DNA from: a virus
Taxonomy: Duplodnaviria > Caudoviricetes
Strand: one strand, 5' to 3'
Length of the DNA stretch: 62,154 nucleotides
IMG/VR virus record: IMGVR_UViG_3300008110_000717
Coordinates: 1-62,154 of that record
This document shows, piece after piece, positions 19,156 to 28,316 of the stretch. Each line of letters opens with the position of its first letter. Within the stretch, counting starts at the first letter, position 1. The notes below the pieces were generated by a model. That model saw only the letters and a program-made list of their open reading frames with translations. It was not told the DNA's origin and searched no databases. The translations under genes were made by a program, and so were the position numbers.

Positions 19156-20822
19156 GCTGCATTTCCTTCCGTAATAAGTAATGATGTGGCTGATAAAGCT
19201 TTACCTAGCTTATAACCTGTTGCCGATGAAGATGTAGTTAATGCGCCAGTTGACGTTAAGTAATATGTTGTACCTGTAGTTAAACCCGTTTGGTTAGTTA
19301 CTACAGAACCTTGCATAGCAACGTTTACCGACGCACCATTAAGTGCGCTATTAGTAGCAACACCTACCCAATTTGTTACTGTTGTGTATCCCGGTTCAAA
19401 CACTTGGGAGGCTCCATAGCCTGCGAAAGCAACTTTATAACTTGTACTGTCATAAGCGACAGCGCCGCCCATATTATTAGTACTTACTACTGGCGATTGA
19501 AAGCTTAGTGTTGTTCCTGACAAACTTGCGCTAATTGAAAAACCTTGCCAAATAATTGCAATACGTTTTTGAAACGAACAGTACACAGCACCAATGTACA
19601 GCGTTGATGCAGAATTAAAAGTTTGTGCAGTACCAAAAGAAATAGCGGTGCTAGTTGCAGTTCCAACAATAGCCGTTCCGTACCCGGTTGAATTTTGATA
19701 GCAGATAACGGATTTATTATTTACTGGGTCAAAACAACCAGATATGTAGTTAGTAGCCGCCGAATTAAAAACAGTTTTTGCTCCTACTACTGGGCTTGAT
19801 GGCTGACAATTTACTACCTGAGCGGTTCCATAGCCGTTATTAGTCCTGTCGGAATACATTATAATCATTCTTGCAACACTACTGTCGTAAACCATATTTA
19901 ACATTGAAGAAGTAGTGACAGGCGAAGTTGTTGCAGCAAGAATAACAACGCCTCCTTTTTGCGTTAATGTAGTTCCGCTATAAGTAAATGTTTGTAGATA
20001 GACTTGTTGCGCACCACTACTTGCAGTTAAAACTACTACGTTATCATTCCCAGCATCGTAACGAACACGCATACCTGTTACGTTAGCTATACCCGGAGAA
20101 AAAACAGGCCCCCAATTAATACTTGTTCCGCTAATTGTCCCAACCCTTACTTGAGACGAAATATTGCCATCATTATACGTATAGGTAACTGCGACTTTCC
20201 CATTCCCAAGTGAACAGCATGATATAGCGTCATTACCGATGATAAAACCTGAGAAATTTTCCTGTGCTCCCCATGTAATAGTTGTTCCGCTAACAGTACC
20301 CACAAGAGATGATGCGGTTAATACGCCATAGCTATAGTTATTACTACGGAACACAACTACTACTTTGTTTGTTGTTGGATCATAGCAGCCGTCATTATTT
20401 ACTTCCATTCCATACGGATAAGTAACAACGGCTCCGACTGCCGGAACTGTTCCTGAAACAATACTAACCGTACCGTCTGTATTTAAAACAACCACATCCC
20501 CGTTACTTAAAGCACCCGATGCAACAAATGATCTTGTTGGGTACCCTGTAGCTGCTGATGTCCACGCGGTTCCATTTGATATAAGCACGTTGCCCGCTGC
20601 GCCGGGTGAAGTGATACCTGTCCCGCCATTTGCCGCAGGTAGGGTGCCTGTAACATTAGTTGCAAGATTGATGTTCGACCCTACTAACGTTGGGATGCTT
20701 ACCCCAGCAGAACTAACGGTAAGTTTAGTAACGCCAGCGGCCTGTAGTGCAAGCTGCCCCGAAGCATCACCAGTTATAACCGCGCCGCCAGTTACGGTAT
20801 CGGCATTAAGAATTGTTGGCAT
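19152..20822 (-). CDS. Tail fibre / receptor-binding protein
   Basis: GTLPAANGGTG anchor, repeated GTVSGTTITWG units, GLTTGTTYYL C-terminus. Confidence 0.7.
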   Translation of the reverse strand: MPTILNADTVTGGAVITGDASGQLALQAAGVTKLTVSSAGVSIPTLVGSNINLATNVTGTLPAANGGTGITSPGAAGNVLISNGTAWTSAATGYPTRSFVASGALSNGDVVVLNTDGTVSIVSGTVPAVGAVVTYPYGMEVNNDGCYDPTTNKVVVVFRSNNYSYGVLTASSLVGTVSGTTITWGAQENFSGFIIGNDAISCCSLGNGKVAVTYTYNDGNISSQVRVGTISGTSINWGPVFSPGIANVTGMRVRYDAGNDNVVVLTASSGAQQVYLQTFTYSGTTLTQKGGVVILAATTSPVTTSSMLNMVYDSSVARMIIMYSDRTNNGYGTAQVVNCQPSSPVVGAKTVFNSAATNYISGCFDPVNNKSVICYQNSTGYGTAIVGTATSTAISFGTAQTFNSASTLYIGAVYCSFQKRIAIIWQGFSISASLSGTTLSFQSPVVSTNNMGGAVAYDSTSYKVAFAGYGASQVFEPGYTTVTNWVGVATNSALNGASVNVAMQGSVVTNQTGLTTGTTYYLTSTGALTTSSSATGYKLGKALSATSLLITEGNAA

Positions 20823-20825
20823 GTC

Positions 20826-21071
20826 TTACTCCAGTGCTTGTATTTGTGCAGATAACGCAGCAAGTTGCGCCATCAGTTGTTCTTTGGTTGGGGCTGGGAT
20901 TGGTTCAGGTTCTGGAAGTGGATCGGGTTCGGTAAAGTTTGTACCGTCATACTTCCAACCGGGGCCAGCCTTTTCGCAAGCAACCCATCCGTTTTGCGCA
21001 GCGTATTCAGCATCAGCCACCACGACATTGACTGCTATACCGTTTTCTATTATTGCGTATCTGTTAGTCAT
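20826..21071 (-). CDS. Fibre-associated small protein, paralog 1
   Basis: YAIIENG..VVA, GWKYDGTNF, PTKEQLMAQL. Confidence 0.65.
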   Translation of the reverse strand: MTNRYAIIENGIAVNVVVADAEYAAQNGWVACEKAGPGWKYDGTNFTEPDPLPEPEPIPAPTKEQLMAQLAALSAQIQALE

Positions 21072-21080
21072 ATTTGCCTC

Positions 21081-22133
21081 TTACCAAGAATAGACGCGGA
21101 TCAGTCCTGCACCGCCAACACCGCCAGCACCGGAGTTAAATCCATTAGTGGAACCACCGCCACCACCACCGCCTCCAGCAGGTTGAGCACCAGCACCACC
21201 AGCACCAGCGGCTGCCGTATTACCCCAAGCACCACCACCACCGCCAAATCTTGCACTACCAGTTGTTCCAGCAGTTCCTTGTGTAGTGCCACCTACACCA
21301 CCGCCGCCAGTAAACCCAGCAATAGCCCCCCCATCTGAACCCGCTTTTGTGGTTCCTCCGGAGCTTATACCACCTCCAGAACCACCTCCGGCTCCACCTT
21401 GGTACGAGCAACCACCAGCATAACTATCGGCATCGCCTGACATTCCCCCTCCAGACCCGCCGCCAAAACCAGAATTTCTTCCAAAACTTGAAGATACGCC
21501 CTGTGCGCCACCTAGATGACCATAAGATGAAGCACCTCCAGATACGTTTGAATAAGGTTGCCCAGCAGTCCCGCCGCTTGCTGCTCCTAAAACACCTCCG
21601 CCAGCACCTCCCGGGTATGCGTTTCCAGCACCACCACCTGTCCCATTGCCGCCACCATAAGAAGTTAAATATGCGCCAAATGTGGTATTCCCGCCAACAA
21701 CTCCATCAACGCCTACGGTACCGTTTGTTGTTATCGCCGCACCACCTGTACCTCCAGCACCGACAGTTGCAGTTACTGTGCTTGTTAAATCTGAGGCTTT
21801 AAAAAGGCGGTAGGCATACGCGCCTCCACCACCTGCTGTGCCACCATCTCTTACGCCGCCAGAAGTATTGCGGCAACCACTGCCCCCACCACCTCCACCA
21901 CCCCATACTTCAACCATCACAAACGTAGCGCCGGAAGGTTTTGTCCAAGTACCTGAAGATGTGAACTCTTGAAAACTAGCACCGGGAGCAGCGCCCCACG
22001 TAGGCGCACTAGAACCTGCTGATAACAATACCTGCCCAGCCGTACCTGCCGCAGTAGAAGCATAGTTAGCGCCGTCACCATAGACGACACCGCCAGCGGT
22101 GGGTGTGTTATTTCCTACAATCGTTACTGGCAT
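21081..22133 (-). CDS. Glycine-rich tail fibre protein
   Basis: FTSSGTWTKP..VEVWGGGGGG glycine-rich domain. Confidence 0.7.
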   Translation of the reverse strand: MPVTIVGNNTPTAGGVVYGDGANYASTAAGTAGQVLLSAGSSAPTWGAAPGASFQEFTSSGTWTKPSGATFVMVEVWGGGGGGGSGCRNTSGGVRDGGTAGGGGAYAYRLFKASDLTSTVTATVGAGGTGGAAITTNGTVGVDGVVGGNTTFGAYLTSYGGGNGTGGGAGNAYPGGAGGGVLGAASGGTAGQPYSNVSGGASSYGHLGGAQGVSSSFGRNSGFGGGSGGGMSGDADSYAGGCSYQGGAGGGSGGGISSGGTTKAGSDGGAIAGFTGGGGVGGTTQGTAGTTGSARFGGGGGAWGNTAAAGAGGAGAQPAGGGGGGGGSTNGFNSGAGGVGGAGLIRVYSW

Positions 22134-22136
22134 GAT

Positions 22137-22379
22137 TTACTCCATTGCGTTAATTTTAGCCGTCAGAGCCTGTAGCTCTGCAAGCAGTTGTTCTTTGGTT
22201 GGGGCTGGTGGTGTTACCACTACAGGCACAGGGCGGTTGTCAACAAACTGACCATTAACGTAATCCCAGTCAATGCCTCCGCTTGTGAGTTCTACCCAGC
22301 CTTTTGTGGCAGCGTAGTCTGCTTCGGCTACTACTGTATTGATTACTTTACCGTTTTCTATGATTGCGTAGTTTGGCAT
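22137..22379 (-). CDS. Fibre-associated small protein, paralog 2
   Basis: MPNYAIIENG..PTKEQLLAEL; SD AAGGTGA supports a start at 22379. Confidence 0.65.
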   Translation of the reverse strand: MPNYAIIENGKVINTVVAEADYAATKGWVELTSGGIDWDYVNGQFVDNRPVPVVVTPPAPTKEQLLAELQALTAKINAME

Positions 22380-22389
22380 TAGCTTCACC

Positions 22390-23211
22390 TTAATATTCAA
22401 AAATCACTACACCAGCGGCACCAGCCCCGCCAGTTACACCACCAGAACTAGCTCCAGTACCACCTGCGCCGATAGTTACCGTCAAAGTATTGCCGGGAGT
22501 AAGACCCGTTAGATATTTAATAGACGCACCACCAGCGCCACCGCCACCAGCGCCTAAACCATCATTGACACCGCCGCCGCCGCCACCGCCATAAACATTT
22601 CCATTAGAGCCATTTTGATTAGCGCCTATAGCACTACCTTGAGCGCCTTTACCCCCGCCGCCTAAGAATGACGCGCCGCCATTTCCTGCGAGAACGCCAC
22701 TAGGCGATCCAGTTTGACCCGCTGACCCATAAAAATTTATATCCCCACCAGAGCCAACACCGCCAGCACCGCCCGGATAAATTGCTGAAACAGCACCGCC
22801 TGTAGCTGAGATTGTAGAAATTGTCTGTGTGCCAGAAGCAACACTAGAAGTGCCTCCACCTGTGCCGCCAGTGAAGTTACCTATCGTAGCGCCACCACCA
22901 CCACCAACAACAGTTATTTTTAACACTGTCTTTCCGGATGGAATAGTAAATGTACCTGACGCAGTTGAAACAGACATAGCAGAAAAACCACCCGCAGGAG
23001 TTGTCCAACTCGGCGCAGAGCCTGTACCCGCACTTGTCAGCACCTGCCCGCTAGTACCGTAGCCCGGCGTAGAGCCAACACCTATTGAGCCGTTTGCGGC
23101 TAAAGTAACAGAAGGCGTTGTGCCGTTTACTTGTAGTTGCAGTGTGCCGTCTGTATTGCCAGTGCTAACTAGCGCGGTTCCTGATGATGTGCCTGCTGAA
23201 ATAGTACTCAT
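22390..23211 (-). CDS. Glycine-rich tail fibre protein
   Basis: GTSGQVLTSAG, SGTFTIPSG..VVGGGGG, GAAGVVIFEY. Confidence 0.7.
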   Translation of the reverse strand: MSTISAGTSSGTALVSTGNTDGTLQLQVNGTTPSVTLAANGSIGVGSTPGYGTSGQVLTSAGTGSAPSWTTPAGGFSAMSVSTASGTFTIPSGKTVLKITVVGGGGGATIGNFTGGTGGGTSSVASGTQTISTISATGGAVSAIYPGGAGGVGSGGDINFYGSAGQTGSPSGVLAGNGGASFLGGGGKGAQGSAIGANQNGSNGNVYGGGGGGGVNDGLGAGGGGAGGASIKYLTGLTPGNTLTVTIGAGGTGASSGGVTGGAGAAGVVIFEY

Positions 23212-23220
23212 TGTCGTTCC

Positions 23221-24156
23221 TTATAAAACAATCCAACGTTGCCCAGAACTCACTGTCACACTTTGCCCCGAAGCAACTGTAATCGGGCCAACGCACATCG
23301 CATTAGTGCCTGTGGCTATCGTATAGCTAGACGTTATCTGATCTGAATTTACTACTAAGCCGTTACTAGCTACAACCTGCGAAGCTTGGAAGTCTCCCGT
23401 GCTTGGCTTATACAATAGCTTGGAGTTGCTGGTAAATAAGTTAGCTACCGTACCGGATGTTGCGTTTGCAAATGCTGGGAATAAATTAGTCGCTGTCGCC
23501 GTGTCATTTACTAAAGTAACCGCACCCCCCGCTGCCGATGGTGACCACTTCAAACCCGTAGCAGTTGTAGAATCTGTAGTTAGGACGTAGTTATTATTTG
23601 GATCAGCAGCAAACCGTACATTGTCTGTACCGTTGTTGACAATCAAATCGCCTTTGGTTGTCGTAGGCGCTAACGCATTAAATGCGTCTGTCTGCGTTGT
23701 CTCACCTGTACCACCATCAGCAATTGCTAACGGGATATTTAAGCTCAACGAGTCAAGATTATTAATGGCATCAACTACATCCGTGCCATCGTTATAGACT
23801 ACCGTGCTCTTACCTGCGGCAACGGTAACAGCTCCGCCTGTGGCGTTCCTAACAAGAACTTCATCAGCCAGATTATTGTTGATGATGTAGAACTTTTGAA
23901 TCGCTGGAACATACAAGTTACGTACGCCACCGGAAGTTCCAATCAAGTTTAGCCGTAAGTTTCTAGCAGTTTGACTAAGATTAGAATTTGTAAGCGTTAG
24001 GGTTACATCCGCGCTGGTAAACGTCACATTAGCGGAACCAACAATAGCTTGTTCTAAAGCAAACTGTAGATTGTTATTTGTTGTAAAGCCCCAAGCACCG
24101 GCTTGGTCGCCCGTACCAATTAGCTCTATTTTTAGGTTACTGTACGTACTCGCCAT
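23221..24156 (-). CDS. Tail fibre proximal/anchor protein
   Basis: MASTYSNLKIELIGTGDQAGAWG N-terminus, IADGGTG, C-terminal SSYTIATGTNA..SGQRWIVL. Confidence 0.7.
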   Translation of the reverse strand: MASTYSNLKIELIGTGDQAGAWGFTTNNNLQFALEQAIVGSANVTFTSADVTLTLTNSNLSQTARNLRLNLIGTSGGVRNLYVPAIQKFYIINNNLADEVLVRNATGGAVTVAAGKSTVVYNDGTDVVDAINNLDSLSLNIPLAIADGGTGETTQTDAFNALAPTTTKGDLIVNNGTDNVRFAADPNNNYVLTTDSTTATGLKWSPSAAGGAVTLVNDTATATNLFPAFANATSGTVANLFTSNSKLLYKPSTGDFQASQVVASNGLVVNSDQITSSYTIATGTNAMCVGPITVASGQSVTVSSGQRWIVL

Positions 24157-24165
24157 AGTTAGTCC

Positions 24166-24570
24166 TTAGAGCACCACCCACCGTTGCCCAGATGATACTG
24201 TAATTGATACCCCAGATGCTATAGTTACCGGCCCTATAGACTGCCCATTTGTTCCTGTAGCTATCGTGTAACTTGAGGATATTGCCGTATTATTAACGTA
24301 TATCCCGTTAGTAGCTTGAAACACTGGAGCTAAAACAGCATTATCAGTATCCTGATAAACAGCTTTTCCAGCAGGATAATCAACCCAAACTTCTTTTGTT
24401 CCTGCGCTAAATGTTGTTTTGGTTGGTGCGCCTGCGCTAGAAGACAACACCGTATCACGCGATAAAGTAGTGCCTGAAGAAGTATAGGTACCGATCCCAA
24501 CTTCCCACTCGTTCGTGCCTTGTCCAGCGATTACATAGTACGTAGTATTTGCGTTACCAACGACTTGCAA
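24166..24570 (-). CDS. Tail protein, apparently 5'-truncated
   Basis: NTTYYVIAGQGTNEWEVGIGTY..LSRDTVLSSS; TTG start lacks an SD; shares its C-terminal domain with 23221-24156. Confidence 0.55.
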   Translation of the reverse strand: MQVVGNANTTYYVIAGQGTNEWEVGIGTYTSSGTTLSRDTVLSSSAGAPTKTTFSAGTKEVWVDYPAGKAVYQDTDNAVLAPVFQATNGIYVNNTAISSSYTIATGTNGQSIGPVTIASGVSITVSSGQRWVVL

Positions 24571-25513
24571 AACTGCTTGATAAATTATTTTGTTCTAATA
24601 TAAACACAACAAAATTTACATTAGTGCTACTTACCCCTGCAACCGATACGTTTTCTGACAGAGCGGCTACGAAATCTACTTGCCCTAAAACTTGTTCTAT
24701 ACCACGCACCGTTTCCGCAATATTTACTTGGAAATCAACTTGCGCTGCATTTGCATCCGAAGCAGAAGCAGACTCACTTAGCACTGCATCCGTAAAATAC
24801 TGCCTATCAAATGCGGCTGAAACATTTACCAACTCAGACTGCGTAGCTACAAATACTGTTTGCGTCTGCCACGCACCAACAAACTGTGCAATCTCGCTTA
24901 TGTTTGTTACAAAGTCTGCTTGTGCTGCATTTACAGCTAACGTATTCACCGCTTCATTTACGTTTTGACTGGTTGTATAAACCGCTGCATTTGTGTCTGT
25001 TGCGCTTACTGTCTCATCTCGTGACGCTAGTATGGTTGCAGTACTGCCTATTTCCAAATCTACTAGGCTTACAGATTCATTTACTGCGTATGCAAATTGA
25101 GCTGCAACTTCTTCTATACTTGATCCACGTGCCGTTTCAGCTACATCTGAATCAAAAGCAAAAACTGCGTAGTTATCATCCAGCAAGTTTACTGTTTCAT
25201 TTTGCGACGAAATAAAATTAGCTTGTGCTGCTTGGTTAGCAATTGCTTGTACAGTTTCACTGACGTTTTGATCCGTCTGATACACCGCACTTTGATTTGC
25301 ATCTGCATTTACTGTTTCATTAGCTATCGCCTGAAAAGCAATCTGCGTAACCCAAGCACCAACAAACTGACCAATCTCTGACACAGAAACTGCGTAATCA
25401 ACACTTCCTGCATTTTCTGCAAAAACGTTAATTGATTCTGCTACGCTTACAGGAAAGACGGAACTACCTAAAGAAGCAAAAGGCGCTTGTGAGAATGTAG
25501 TGATACCAAACAT
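24554..25513 (-). CDS. Repetitive virion protein (beta-rich repeats), possibly 3'-truncated
   Basis: MFGITTFSQAPFASLG start, recurring E-T-V/E-S-V units. Confidence 0.6.
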   Translation of the reverse strand: MFGITTFSQAPFASLGSSVFPVSVAESINVFAENAGSVDYAVSVSEIGQFVGAWVTQIAFQAIANETVNADANQSAVYQTDQNVSETVQAIANQAAQANFISSQNETVNLLDDNYAVFAFDSDVAETARGSSIEEVAAQFAYAVNESVSLVDLEIGSTATILASRDETVSATDTNAAVYTTSQNVNEAVNTLAVNAAQADFVTNISEIAQFVGAWQTQTVFVATQSELVNVSAAFDRQYFTDAVLSESASASDANAAQVDFQVNIAETVRGIEQVLGQVDFVAALSENVSVAGVSSTNVNFVVFILEQNNLSSSFASRW

Positions 25514-25525
25514 GCGCCTTAGCCT

Positions 25526-25705
25526 TTACTTGACAGTAACAAGCTGATCTTCATCAAACCAACGGTTGTGTGTCACACCATTTGAATCAGTCCAAGAAAC
25601 CAAATACTGAACGACACCATCTTCGTCCATACGTAAGGATTCTATTGGACCCTGTGGCACAGCCATTACTAATTTGACGGTATCGCCTTTTTTAAAAGTA
25701 GCCAT
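25526..25705 (-). CDS. Small hypothetical protein, 59 aa (YodC/DUF2158-like)
   Basis: MATFKKGDTVKL...WFDEDQLVTVK with SD GGAGG; below the track cutoff. Confidence 0.65.
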   Translation of the reverse strand: MATFKKGDTVKLVMAVPQGPIESLRMDEDGVVQYLVSWTDSNGVTHNRWFDEDQLVTVK

Positions 25706-25715
25706 AATTCCTCCG

Positions 25716-26288
25716 TTATACCGCGTCGGCGTTAAAAGTGTAAGTCACATTCAGCGTATCACCTGATGCAACAATCTTGTCGCCGCCAGTGAAGTTACCT
25801 TCTGAGAACAATACGCCAGACGTACCAGAAGCTACGGTAGTCAAAAATGCTCCAGCAACTGTGCCGCCAGCACCAGATATTGCGAAAGGTGAAGGTGAAG
25901 CTGAGTTTGAAATGACCGATGGGTCTGCTGTGGTAGCCGTACCAAACGTCACTGCTTTACGAGTGCCCACATAATTTGTGAACTCTGTCCAAGCTTTAGA
26001 TGCCAATGTGTCAGCAGCGGCGTATGTAACACCAGAGCCGGGGCCGGTTACCAAACCAAGGTACCAAGCTGCAACGTAACCAGAACCTTTAAAGAACTCT
26101 GTGTTTAAGTTTTGCAGACCCTGATTAACTACTAAATTATGGAAAGAATCTTCCCACTTTTTATTGCCATCAGAATCAAAGCAAGTAACTGTAAATACAC
26201 CACCAAAACTGCCGCTCTCTTGCTCTTGCGAGGACTTGCCTACGCCAGCATGAACAGTTTCACCCAATGTTGATTTTGCAATAGGCAT
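25716..26288 (-). CDS. Virion structural/tail protein
   Basis: KWEDSFHNLVVNQG..WYLGL..SGDTLNVTY pattern. Confidence 0.6.
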   Translation of the reverse strand: MPIAKSTLGETVHAGVGKSSQEQESGSFGGVFTVTCFDSDGNKKWEDSFHNLVVNQGLQNLNTEFFKGSGYVAAWYLGLVTGPGSGVTYAAADTLASKAWTEFTNYVGTRKAVTFGTATTADPSVISNSASPSPFAISGAGGTVAGAFLTTVASGTSGVLFSEGNFTGGDKIVASGDTLNVTYTFNADAV

Positions 26289-26297
26289 AATGACCTC

Positions 26298-26723
26298 TCA
26301 AGGAAAACGAATTAGTGCCGTAGTAGCCGTATTAACGGGCATAACGACAGTATTACTGGTTGAAGAAAAAATTTTATCTGAGCCAAAATCAAGCACGGCC
26401 ACAGATACATTACCACGCGTAACATTGTAAATCAAAGCACCTCGGGCAACAAAGCTTGCACCGGGGAAAGACACATTATTAAAGTTAACGTAGACCGTTC
26501 CGGTATTGGTATTCGTACTTAAAGTAGCTCCGGTTACTGCAACTCCACCCGGTGGGTATCCTGTACCAGACACTTCATTACTTGTTGTATACGCCGTAGT
26601 CGTGGGACCAATAGTAGAAAGTCCCGTATATAAAGACATGTACAACGTGTCTGTTAACAAGTTCTGCCCAGCTTGGAGCATCTCTTGTTTGAAGCTGTTT
26701 GTCAGGCCCTGTTGAATACTCAC
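26298..26723 (-). CDS. Virion structural/tail protein
   Basis: NSFKQEML, NEVSGTGY, ARGALIYN, AVLDFGSDK. Confidence 0.6.
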   Translation of the reverse strand: MSIQQGLTNSFKQEMLQAGQNLLTDTLYMSLYTGLSTIGPTTTAYTTSNEVSGTGYPPGGVAVTGATLSTNTNTGTVYVNFNNVSFPGASFVARGALIYNVTRGNVSVAVLDFGSDKIFSSTSNTVVMPVNTATTALIRFP

Positions 26724-27394
26724 GGCATTACCTTAATTTTTGCCTGCCCATCACGGTAAGCATCACCGCGCTCCAGACCTGTACCCAGACGATTCAGTTG
26801 TCCCATAGCTTCTTGGTACTTAGCTTCTACGTTAGCTATTAAATCTGCTTCGCCCTTCATAAACAGATAAGCCTCACGCAATGATCCGTAAAGAAGAACA
26901 GGATCATAATTATCACCAAGCCATGTACGGCCATCTGTAGCTGTAGTTATTGACTCAGGGTAATAGTAATAATGCAACTCAACATCGTAGTTTGCATCTG
27001 GCATGGGGCCAAGAATAAAACTCAGCTCGTCAGTAATTATGTTGCTCGATACCGTAGGACCAAACAACGCGTAGTACTTGGGTAAGCCCACGTCACTTGC
27101 TGACGGGTACGCCGCACGAATAAAGTTAACGTCTTTATTAAGCAGATACTCGTAGTTATCGTCTGCATCAATTACCGCAAGTGAGAACACAGATAAGAAA
27201 TCAGCCGGAGCGGATAAATACTTATTGTTGTTTGTAAGGATTCCCGTTACGTTTTTACGTAACGCCGGAATCTGCACTGAGTTGTACGTACGTGTTTCTG
27301 TCTGCGTAATGAACGTGTCAATATACGCTTCAAAATCCGTATCGTAGTTCTCAGTGTAGGCTTTAATAGCCGATACAAGTTCTGTGTAGGTCAC
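26720..27394 (-). CDS. Head-tail adaptor-like protein
   Basis: MTYTELVSAIKAY, P-D-x-x-Y-x-V-E-L-H-Y, PVLLYGSL.EAY pattern. Confidence 0.65.
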   Translation of the reverse strand: MTYTELVSAIKAYTENYDTDFEAYIDTFITQTETRTYNSVQIPALRKNVTGILTNNNKYLSAPADFLSVFSLAVIDADDNYEYLLNKDVNFIRAAYPSASDVGLPKYYALFGPTVSSNIITDELSFILGPMPDANYDVELHYYYYPESITTATDGRTWLGDNYDPVLLYGSLREAYLFMKGEADLIANVEAKYQEAMGQLNRLGTGLERGDAYRDGQAKIKVMP

Positions 27395-27403
27395 AGCTAT
27401 CCC

Positions 27404-27688
27404 TTAACCCATTGGGCCACGGCACATAAAACCTTTAGTTGCGGCACCTGCACCGCGCATCTTGATCTCACCGTTTTTATTAACTTGGTCAGATGCAGGA
27501 TTACCGCCGCTAACGCGACGTGCAGGCATACCGGGCGCAGACTCTATGGCAGACATAGAATTTGGGTCTGTCTGATACTTACCCATCTTATTTATGTTTG
27601 TTTTCTCGCCACTCATCGTATGGGGTTCGGCATAAACACTAGCATCGCCCACTTCTTTACCCATTAGTTTTTCGCTGTACTTAGCCAT
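27404..27688 (-). CDS. Small basic virion protein
   Basis: Ends IKMRGAGAATKGFMCRGPMG; SD GGAG. Confidence 0.6.
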   Translation of the reverse strand: MAKYSEKLMGKEVGDASVYAEPHTMSGEKTNINKMGKYQTDPNSMSAIESAPGMPARRVSGGNPASDQVNKNGEIKMRGAGAATKGFMCRGPMG

Positions 27689-27698
27689 GCCGTACTCC

Positions 27699-27884
27699 TT
27701 AACCTGTTTTTTGGTTAGCTACACGTGCCATATTACGGCCTAGTGTTTTCATTTGTTCTGTAGTTACGCCGCCTTTAGCCATTTTCTTGGCACCGTGCAT
27801 TTTTTTCTCATGCGCTTTGACTTCCGTTTTTGCAATTTTTTTCATTAACGGTTTGTCTTGCGCTACGTCTTCATGTTTTGCCAT
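27699..27884 (-). CDS. Small basic virion protein
   Basis: Lys-rich, KMAKGG motif; SD AGGAG. Confidence 0.6.
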   Translation of the reverse strand: MAKHEDVAQDKPLMKKIAKTEVKAHEKKMHGAKKMAKGGVTTEQMKTLGRNMARVANQKTG

Positions 27885-27893
27885 GTTTTACTC

Positions 27894-28316
27894 CTACGAA
27901 ATTGTTACGTTGCCCACTATGCCTGCTGATGTCAGGTAGTTGGGCGTTAACCCTGCATCATTTGCGCTCGCACCGCCAACAGGTGCCCAACCCCACTGAA
28001 ACACCCGACTACCCCCGCTAGGCTCACCATTTTGATCTAAAGTATCGCCTACTGTATCGGTTATTTGCAAGCCCGTATATCCCGCTTGGTAATAACTCAA
28101 ATCTGGCCGTGGATCACGAATACCCTGCGGATCATCTACTGGGTACATACCCAACTGCAACTGCGGCTGATCTGGGTCCCAGCATGTCGGACAGACCAAA
28201 AGGTTATATGTCTTGGTCTTAATTACTTCTTTTTTCAGTTGCGTCAGTTTATAGCGCATCCCACAGCGATCACACTCCGCAATCGCATTCTTGCCTGACG
28301 CAAACCTATTACCCAT
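27894..28316 (-). CDS. Zinc-finger virion-module protein
   Basis: CDRC...CPTC, DPDQPQLQLG. Confidence 0.6.
   Translation of the reverse strand: MGNRFASGKNAIAECDRCGMRYKLTQLKKEVIKTKTYNLLVCPTCWDPDQPQLQLGMYPVDDPQGIRDPRPDLSYYQAGYTGLQITDTVGDTLDQNGEPSGGSRVFQWGWAPVGGASANDAGLTPNYLTSAGIVGNVTIS

Noticed and set aside
19152-24156. Diversity-generating retroelement or invertible fibre switch
   Set aside because: No reverse transcriptase, invertase, TR/VR pair or inverted cassette seen.
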